A stretch of DNA of 12,690 bases from the NCBI GenBank assembly GCA_038523235.1, contig JBCBJQ010000143.1:1-12690 (forward strand), in the 5' to 3' direction. Shown piece after piece: positions 1 through 6,174 of this stretch. Source of the DNA: Cyanobacteria bacterium J06626_4 (GTDB taxonomy: Bacteria; Cyanobacteriota; Cyanobacteriia; Phormidesmidales; Phormidesmidaceae). The notes beneath the pieces were generated by a model, which had not been told where the DNA came from, made no database searches, and saw only the letters and a list, made by a program, of their open reading frames with translations. Position 1 is the stretch's first letter, and each line of letters opens with the position of its first letter. A program made the translations under genes and the position numbers.

Positions 1-108
1 TCGAATGAACTTTCTCAGAGCTATTTTATGGATGAAAAGTTTGGAGAATACATGGAAATTTTGAATTCCAAGAAGGAAAATTCAAAATACTTGGTTGAGC
101 CTTTTTGA
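1..108 (+). CDS. 3' end of an upstream gene, partial (SNELSQSYFMDEKFGEYMEILNSKKENSKYLVEPF*); product unknown
   Basis: Frame 1 is open from base 1 to TGA at 106-108, 49 nt before the ssuE start and on the same strand. The ending KYLVEP loosely recalls medium-chain dehydrogenase C-termini but is too short to call. Confidence 0.55.
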   Translation, partial: SNELSQSYFMDEKFGEYMEILNSKKENSKYLVEPF

Positions 109-140
109 ATCAACCAAGCCGCAACATTGACATCATGATC

Positions 141-147
141 AAGGAGG
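141..147 (+). promoter_or_regulatory. Ribosome-binding site of ssuE
   Basis: AAGGAGG 10 nt upstream of the ATG at 158. Confidence 0.8.
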
Positions 148-157
148 TAGAGTACGA

Positions 158-688
158 ATGAAGAAAATTTTGACTATCGCAGGCAGCCCGTCCGGTACAT
201 CGAGGTCTTCTGCTGTTTTAAGGCTATGTTCTTCCATTTTAGAAGAACAATCGATGGATGTTTCTTCATTGTCTGTGAAAGATGTTCCCCCTGAAGACCT
301 GGTTTACGCAAACTTTGAGAGTGAGGCCCTCAAAAAAGCTCAACTTTTAATTGAACAAGCTGATGGTATTGTGGTCGGCACCCCCGTGTATAAAGCTTCG
401 TACACCGGGGTACTAAAAGCATTGCTTGATTTGATGCCTCAATATGCATTCGCTGGCAAAACCATACTGCCGATCGCGACTGGCGGCACGATTACTCATT
501 TGCTCTCGATTGAATATGCCATGAAACCTCTTTTTGGCGTTTTAGGGGCAACAAATATTTTGAGAGGTATCTTTATCCTCGACTCGCAAATGGAGAAAAC
601 AGCAGAAGGCGGCATAACGCTTGATGCTGAAATTAATGAGAGGCTGAAAACTTCTTTGTTGGAACTTGCCTCTGCAGTTGCAAGCTAA
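158..688 (+). CDS. ssuE: NADPH-dependent FMN reductase (SsuE/MsuE family, flavodoxin-like fold)
   Basis: 176 aa with IAGSPSGTSRS (FMN phosphate loop), GTPVYKASYTGVLKALLDL and LPIATGGTITHLLSIEYAMKPLFGVLGA, all typical of SsuE. Strong RBS. Confidence 0.9.
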   Translation: MKKILTIAGSPSGTSRSSAVLRLCSSILEEQSMDVSSLSVKDVPPEDLVYANFESEALKKAQLLIEQADGIVVGTPVYKASYTGVLKALLDLMPQYAFAGKTILPIATGGTITHLLSIEYAMKPLFGVLGATNILRGIFILDSQMEKTAEGGITLDAEINERLKTSLLELASAVAS

Positions 689-807
689 CGAAAAATGCAT
701 GCCCGATTAGTTTCTAGAAGTATCTAATGTTTGCCTGAAACTACATAGGCACTATGACTTTTCCCCCATTCCCCTCACTCACTTATTAACCTGGAGATGA
801 TAAGGCT

Positions 808-2130
808 ATGTCAGACAAAAAGAAAATGCACTTGTTGGGATTCATTCAGCATGGAGTCAATAGTCATGCGACCGGAATGTGGCGACATCCTAAAGACAAA
901 GTGAATTGGGATTGGAGCCAGCCAGCCTATTGGCAACACATGGCTCGAACGATGGAGAGAGGCATGTTTGATGGCATGTTTATTGCCGATGAACTCGCTC
1001 CTTACAATAACTATGAAAAAAGCTCAGATGCCTGTGTCAAGTATGCCGTTCAATGTCCGACCCATGAGCCCTCAACAATTGTCCCGATTATCACGACTGC
1101 CACTCAGCATTTAGGTGTTGGTCTTACCCTTTCTACCGCTTTTGAGCACCCTTACTCAATGGTGAGACGCCTTTCCAGCCTGGATCACCTTTCTGGTGGC
1201 AGGATTGCCTGGAACATTGTTAGCTCTTACTCAAAAAGCGAATGGGATGCTTATGGGGCAGAAATGACTGACCGTTCTAGGCGCTATGATCGCATGGAGG
1301 AATACGTCGATTTATGCTGTCAGCTATGGGACTCTTGGGACTCTGATGCCATTATCGCTGACAAAGAAAGTGGCATATTTGCTGACCCTGAAAAAGTCAA
1401 AGAAATTGACTTTAAAGGTGAATTCTTTGCTTGTAAAGGACGATCGTTTTGTTTTCCTTCTCCTCAGGGCAGGCCGGTTTTTTGGCAAGCCGGCTCCTCT
1501 GATCGAGGTCGAGACTTTGCAGCTAAGCATGCTGAAGCTATCTTTGCGGTTCATCCCAATGTCGAGCGAATGCGGCAGTATTCAGAAGACTTAAATGAAC
1601 GACTTGAGAAGAGGTTTCAAAGACCGCGTGATAGTGTCAAGCTTATCTATGGGCTGCAATGTATTGTGGGCGAGACCACACAACATGCCCAAGAGAAGTA
1701 TGAGAAAATTCGTTCTTGCATACCGCTTGAAGGTGCACTCGCCTGGATTTCAGGACATTTTGGACCTGACTTTTCTACCTATGATCTCGACGAATATGTA
1801 CAGAATGTTGAAATTCCAGGTATCCAGGGACTGTTTGAAAGCATTATTTATGCGAAGGGGGGTGCCCCGATCACGATTAAAGAAGCTGCTCTTTACTACG
1901 CGATGGGGATGGGTATGCCGGTAATCGTCGGCACGGCATCTGACATCGCTGACAAGATGGAATATTTCGTTGATGAAGGTGGTGCGGATGGATTTATGCT
2001 GGTTGCCACCTACACGCCTGGATGCTACGAAGAATTTGTCGATTACGTGGTTCCAGAGCTTCAGAAAAGAGGTCGGTTTCGGACTAAGTATACTGGCAGC
2101 ACCTTGCGAGATAACTTACTGCAGTATTAA
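808..2130 (+). CDS. FMNH2-dependent luciferase-like monooxygenase, NtaA/SnaA/DszA (DmoA) family; substrate unknown
   Basis: 440 aa with GMWRHP, ERGMFDGMFIADEL, TLSTAFEHPY, SLDHLSGGRIAWNIVSS, PSPQGRPVFWQAGSSDRGRDFAAKHAEAIF and C-terminal VVPELQKRGRFRTKYTGSTLRDNL. GGAG at 793-796. Adjacent to an FMN reductase. Confidence 0.92.
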   Translation: MSDKKKMHLLGFIQHGVNSHATGMWRHPKDKVNWDWSQPAYWQHMARTMERGMFDGMFIADELAPYNNYEKSSDACVKYAVQCPTHEPSTIVPIITTATQHLGVGLTLSTAFEHPYSMVRRLSSLDHLSGGRIAWNIVSSYSKSEWDAYGAEMTDRSRRYDRMEEYVDLCCQLWDSWDSDAIIADKESGIFADPEKVKEIDFKGEFFACKGRSFCFPSPQGRPVFWQAGSSDRGRDFAAKHAEAIFAVHPNVERMRQYSEDLNERLEKRFQRPRDSVKLIYGLQCIVGETTQHAQEKYEKIRSCIPLEGALAWISGHFGPDFSTYDLDEYVQNVEIPGIQGLFESIIYAKGGAPITIKEAALYYAMGMGMPVIVGTASDIADKMEYFVDEGGADGFMLVATYTPGCYEEFVDYVVPELQKRGRFRTKYTGSTLRDNLLQY

Positions 2131-2203
2131 CTTTGCGAGCATGAAAAGCTGAGCCCTAGCATATTGCTGAACGCGTTCATTTTTCGCTAATGCCGACTTC
2201 AAA

Positions 2204-2252
2204 TCAGGAAAAAGGTATGACAGGGCTAATCACTTTGTCATACCTTTCCTGA
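2204..2252. terminator. Hairpin between convergent genes, probable (possibly bidirectional) terminator
   Basis: Perfect 12-bp inverted repeat AAAGGTATGACA (2211-2222) / TGTCATACCTTT (2236-2247), extendable by TCAGG (2204-2208) / CCTGA (2248-2252). Begins ~75 nt after the monooxygenase stop. Confidence 0.6.
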
Positions 2253-2425
2253 CCTGAGTTCAGGATAAGACTGACAAGAGATTTGCGGATAGTTTGAGGG
2301 CCAAATCCCCCTCCTGGGAGGGGTGACCGCAGGACAGGGTAGGTTTTTCCGACGGCTTGAACCCACCCCATTAGCCCCTCCCAGGAGGGGAAAGTAACGG
2401 GTTTTGCTTTAACCCAAACTGACGT
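2251..2425. mobile_element. MITE-like non-autonomous element with internal REP-like palindromes
   Basis: Imperfect terminal inverted repeats: ACCTGAGTTCAGGATAA versus the reverse complement of the right end, ACGTCAGTTTGGGTTAA (12/17). Flanked by direct repeat TTTCCT (2245-2250, 2426-2431). Internal perfect 16-bp inverted pair CCCCTCCTGGGAGGGG (2308-2323) / CCCCTCCCAGGAGGGG (2375-2390). Confidence 0.65.
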
Positions 2426-2521
2426 TTTCCTAATTGTCGTCTTTCCAATTTAAGGAAAGTCTGGCGGGGCAGTGAGCGGGTTGACTGTGTCATAGCAAAG
2501 ATCTGCTGCTTAATTCAAGGT

Positions 2522-4411
2522 TTATAGGGACTGCAACTGCCACGTACTGTCTTCAGCGAGGCGGAGTCGTAAGCGGTGGTGTGCTTCTAGTGATTCATGG
2601 TGGCCGACGCTGAGATAGGTGGTGGGAATCTCTTCCAACGCAGCATAAAGCTGTTCTTCGTTGACGCGATCGAGGGCGCTGGTGGCTTCATCCAAAATGG
2701 CGTAGCTGGGCTGATGTAAAAGAACGCGAGCAAAGCTGAGGCGCTGCTGCTCACCGAGTGACAGTACATCGCCCCATTCGGCTTCGGCGTCCAGACCCTC
2801 AAAACGCGCGACCAGGTTGGGCAGGTTCACGGCCTTGAGTGCGGTGTGAATTTGGTCATCACCGATCGCCGCCTCCGGATACGGGTAGAGCAATTGCTGC
2901 CGCAGGTTGCCGAGCACCATGTAGGGCTTTTGCGGCAAAAACAGCAGGTCACCCAGAGCCGGTCGTTGAATCAAGCCCTTGCCGGAGTTCCAGAGTCCGG
3001 CGATCGCCCGTAGCAGCGAACTCTTGCCGCAGCCGCTGGGGCCAACGACTAATAGGGAACTGTGCGGTTCTAACTCTAATGTCAGGTCATCAATCAGCGT
3101 GCGCTGGTAGTTGGGTGTTTGCAGGGTGACGTGATGCAGGCTGAGCAGCGGCGCTGTTTCTTGCAGAATCACCGGCTGGGTTTCGGCGATCGCGGCAACC
3201 TCCGACTCTCGTTCCTCAGGATTTGATTCAGCCTCTGACTCCGATTCATCGTTGTTAGCTGGCACTGCAACATCAGCGGTCGCATCCGGCTCTGACTCAT
3301 CGCTGGCCGGTACTGCAACTGCAACTGCAGGCTCGGTGTCGGCTGGAGCGGCAATTGCCGGGGCATCCACTGTGGCTGCGTCAGCGGCTATTTCGTCATC
3401 GTCAAAGTGACCGAGAGTGTTGGCAAATTCGTAGAGGCGATCGATGCCTGCCCCGAATGCTGTCAACGACTGGAAGCGGGCCACAATCACGTTGAGCGAA
3501 AAGAAGACGCGAATAAACGCACCCTGAGCTTCGCTGACTTTGCCGACTTCCAAATCACCGCTAAACACGGCGGGAGCCACCACTAGCGCTGGCAGAATGA
3601 AGGGAATGAATTCGTAGGCGTTGGTTAAACCGTTGAGATTTAACTCCCAAAACAGCAGCCGTTTGAAGTTGTCGAAGGCGGCAGCAAAGCGGGTTTTGAC
3701 CTGAGTCGATTCCTGCGCTTCGCCCTGGTAGAAGGCGATCGCCTCAGCATTTTCGCGAATGCGCACGAGGCCAAAGCGAAAGTCAGCTTCGCGCTTGAGC
3801 TGCTCAAAGTTGAGCCTGACCAGCGGTTTGCCAAAGACGCCCACCGTTAGCAAACTGCCAATCACAGCATAGCCAACCAAAAACAGCACCAGCTCTCGCG
3901 AAATGCTCCATAGCACCCCGCTAAAGGCCACCATCTCTAGCACGGAGGAGGCGACCACCAGCACGAGCGTCAACGATTCTTGGGTGAAACTTTTGACATC
4001 TTCAGCAATGCGCTGGTCGGGATTGTCGATATCGGGGCTGAACTGGTTGATGCGATAGAAGGCACGATCGCCAAAATAGCGATCGATAAATCGACCGGTC
4101 AGCCAGCGCCGCCACTCTAACCCCAGGCGATCGCGCAGGTAGGTATAGCCCGCCAGCAGCGGCGCATACACCACCAGCACCCCGACAAAGACAATCACCG
4201 TGTGCCAAAAGCGATCTTGATCTTTCGCAGAAAGTGATGAAATCAGCTCGCCCCGCTGGCTGTTGAGCACCACACTCAGACCCGTGTAGCCGAGCAGCAA
4301 AACGACAATCAGCAGCAGCAGTCCCCGCGCTTGCCATTTTTCATCACCAAACCAATAGGCTTTAGCGATCGCCCAAAATCGCCGAAAAACATTGAGATCA
4401 AACCGTTCCAT
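2522..4411 (-). CDS. Fused permease/ATPase ABC half-transporter, ABCD/YddA/Rv1819c(BacA)-like (ABC_membrane_2 + ABC_tran)
   Basis: Several TM segments, DNPDQRI loop, EAA-like NAEAIAFYQG, Walker A GPSGCGKS, LPQKPY Q-loop, signature LSLGEQQR, Walker B ILDEATSALD, H-loop SVGH. ATG at 4411 (629 aa) is preferred over the TTG at 4438 used in the ORF track. Confidence 0.92.
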   Translation of the reverse strand: MERFDLNVFRRFWAIAKAYWFGDEKWQARGLLLLIVVLLLGYTGLSVVLNSQRGELISSLSAKDQDRFWHTVIVFVGVLVVYAPLLAGYTYLRDRLGLEWRRWLTGRFIDRYFGDRAFYRINQFSPDIDNPDQRIAEDVKSFTQESLTLVLVVASSVLEMVAFSGVLWSISRELVLFLVGYAVIGSLLTVGVFGKPLVRLNFEQLKREADFRFGLVRIRENAEAIAFYQGEAQESTQVKTRFAAAFDNFKRLLFWELNLNGLTNAYEFIPFILPALVVAPAVFSGDLEVGKVSEAQGAFIRVFFSLNVIVARFQSLTAFGAGIDRLYEFANTLGHFDDDEIAADAATVDAPAIAAPADTEPAVAVAVPASDESEPDATADVAVPANNDESESEAESNPEERESEVAAIAETQPVILQETAPLLSLHHVTLQTPNYQRTLIDDLTLELEPHSSLLVVGPSGCGKSSLLRAIAGLWNSGKGLIQRPALGDLLFLPQKPYMVLGNLRQQLLYPYPEAAIGDDQIHTALKAVNLPNLVARFEGLDAEAEWGDVLSLGEQQRLSFARVLLHQPSYAILDEATSALDRVNEEQLYAALEEIPTTYLSVGHHESLEAHHRLRLRLAEDSTWQLQSL

Positions 4412-4474
4412 AAGGAAACTGTGACTGCCAGTGCACAACCCCTTTATTGTGTCATTCTGTGAAATTAAAGCGAG

Positions 4475-4521
4475 TTAGTTCCTTGGTTTCTGACCCTGCT
4501 CTAGCAAGGAGCTAATTTTTT
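4475..4521 (+). terminator. Hairpin plus U-tract upstream of the ABC gene start, oriented on the + strand
   Basis: TTAGTTCCTTG (4475-4485) pairs with CAAGGAGCTAA (4505-4515) with one G-U, followed by TTTTTT (4516-4521). The 19-nt loop is large for a classic terminator. Confidence 0.35.
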
Positions 4522-4652
4522 GGCCGAAACCGGAGATCTTGACGCGATTTCTAGAGCCAAGGTTTACGACGCGGACGACGACACTCCACACGATGCAGCA
4601 GTTGGGGTCATCTGTCGGTTGGGGGCAGTGAGTCAAATGGCCTGCTGGTGAG

Positions 4653-4725
4653 TTACTGGAAAAGCGTGGCGCTAGAAAACTGCTGGGCGGTGAGATGACT
4701 CGGATAGACTTTATTCATGCTCACT
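4653..4725 (-). pseudogene. 5' remnant of an IS5-family (IS1031-group-like) transposase
   Basis: Minus strand reads GTGAGC-ATG AAT AAA GTC TAT CCG AGT CAT CTC ACC GCC CAG CAG TTT = MNKVYPSHLTAQQF (ATG at 4718). This resembles the MxKxYPSxLTxxQ[WF] start of IS5-family transposases. Similarity ends after ~14 codons; stop at 4653-4655. Confidence 0.5.
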
Positions 4726-4847
4726 CAATCGCTGTCCGAAGCGGTTGAGACGGGGCCAGTCCTTCCGCAAACGCTGGCCCTTGATCCGCCAGAATTCTGA
4801 CCAGACGGACTGTTACCAATCCAAGAGAAATCTATGAAGTGTAAAAC

Positions 4848-4906
4848 TGCTCCTCTTCCCCAGGAAAAAATCTCCTTGGCGAGGAGGGTACGGGGTGAGA
4901 GGGGCA
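4848..4906. repeat. Degenerate GC-rich nested palindrome, REP-like
   Basis: TGCTCCTCT (4848-4856) / AGAGGGGCA (4898-4906) enclose CTCCT (4872-4876) / AGGAG (4882-4886). Same CCCCTC...GAGGGG character as the repeats at 2308-2390. Confidence 0.3.
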
Positions 4907-6162
4907 ATAGTTTTCCACAGTTCTTGACACTTGATGATCTAACTCCAGCTGAACACTACCGATCACTACCAGCACCTCCGTCCTCAGCTGCCTGGGGGGA
5001 ATAGTAATGTCATCGTAACCAGGAGGCTTTGCGTCAGTGCGTTGGTGTCTCTTGCGGTTGAAGTGGGCGCATCCGCCGCTCACTCAGTATATTGTTGAGC
5101 AGGTTGATGGCAAAGGTTTCCATCAGCTCATACCGGAGGAGGTAAATTCCTGCTTTATCGGCTGCGAGCACTGCTGACGGAACTTTTGTCCGACTAGCTG
5201 CTCGGCACAGCAACCACTCTCTAGACCCAGTTAGCGTTCACCACTTTGAGGGCTGCAAGGCTGCCCCTAGTCGTGAAGTATTCGATACAAATCGTCACCC
5301 TCTAACAGTCGGGCTCATACCTTTTTTTACTATCAACTACAGTTGTTCTGCCAGAAGTACTATCACTTCAACACTGTTTAACATCTGGTTAAGTGTATTC
5401 TGAGCTGAGAGATCTTGCTTATCAAGCTGATTGACTCGGAAAACCGCTCTTATCTCCTTCATTCAATATCTTTACTGGCCTCAATTAGCAAAAGTGCTTC
5501 CCCAAAAACTTGCTGCTGTTGTGTTTTCATCAATCTAATTAAATTCAAATCATTGACTCAAGTGCAGGATTTGATTCAGGATACTGTCTCTGCCATGCAA
5601 GATATCGCGAGGAACTTTTCCTTTTTGAAGTTTATCAAATCCTAAATCATCAAAAATATTTTCAAGGCTTTTAAAAGCGTCAAAAAATTCATTTTATTTT
5701 TGAGAAAAGAATTAATCTGGGCGTCAAGGCGGGTTGCTTTTGTAACAGCTTTTAGATAGGGTTTGTTCAGTAGATGAGCGCTATCTCATTTGTGCCTATC
5801 TCATTTCTTCTGTTGCTTATTCTCACCTGCCAAATTGATCGCATCAGGCAGGTTGTGACAGCTTAGAATCCCCTTTTCTATAGGGCTTGACGAATTTAAA
5901 TTCGGCTTAAAGATATCGGTATTTGACAGGGAGTTTTGCTTCCTAAATGCTTTTTTGCCTGCTGATTCCCTTACCATCTCCGATGCAAGTAGGTGGGGCG
6001 TTTCACCACACTGATGCTCAAACTTTTTGAGCAGATAGCCTGCCACTGAGCCAATTGAAACTCAGCCTCCTTCAAGCTGAGCTCTCAAGCGGTGAGGTTG
6101 AGACAGTTGATGGGTCACCGCATTTGATGAATTAATCGAACCCCTGTTTGACTTTTAATCTT

Positions 6163-6167
6163 AGGAG
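6163..6167 (+). promoter_or_regulatory. Ribosome-binding site of the Rhs gene
   Basis: AGGAG 7 nt upstream of the ATG at 6175, supporting 6175 rather than TTG 6148 as the start. Confidence 0.75.
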
Positions 6168-6174
6168 TTACCTC

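Noticed and set aside
127..142. TTGACA upstream of ssuE as a -35 box
   Set aside because: The matching -10 position would fall between the RBS and the start codon and is not TATAAT-like. The gene is more likely co-transcribed from upstream.
808..2130. Calling the monooxygenase ssuD
   Set aside because: Its length (440 aa) and motifs (WRHP, YTGSTLRDNL) fit the NtaA/SnaA/DszA family, not the ~380-aa SsuD.
1286..4337. Short alternative-frame ORFs overlapping the monooxygenase and ABC genes
   Set aside because: They overlap well-supported genes and have no motifs or RBS.
4412..4700. Cobalamin riboswitch upstream of the Rv1819c/BacA-like transporter
   Set aside because: No B12-box or GGGAA...GCAACTGT-type conserved elements seen on the minus strand.
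5010..5080. Minus-strand GACGCAAAGCCTCC resembling the core of a c-di-GMP-I (GEMM) riboswitch
   Set aside because: The upstream GGCAAA...GAAA tetraloop stem and the closing P2 helix are not evident. Probably chance; an Rfam cmsearch would settle it.
4725..6046. ORF-track calls 4725-4907, 4832-5083, 5415-5645 and 5801-6046
   Set aside because: Non-ATG starts, no RBS and no recognisable domains. They overlap palindromic or AT-rich non-coding sequence.
6055..6121. c-di-GMP-II riboswitch or RfaH ops element in the Rhs leader
   Set aside because: Only fragmentary resemblance (GAAAC, GCGGTGAG). The GCAC/GTGC pseudoknot and the GGCGGTAG consensus are absent.
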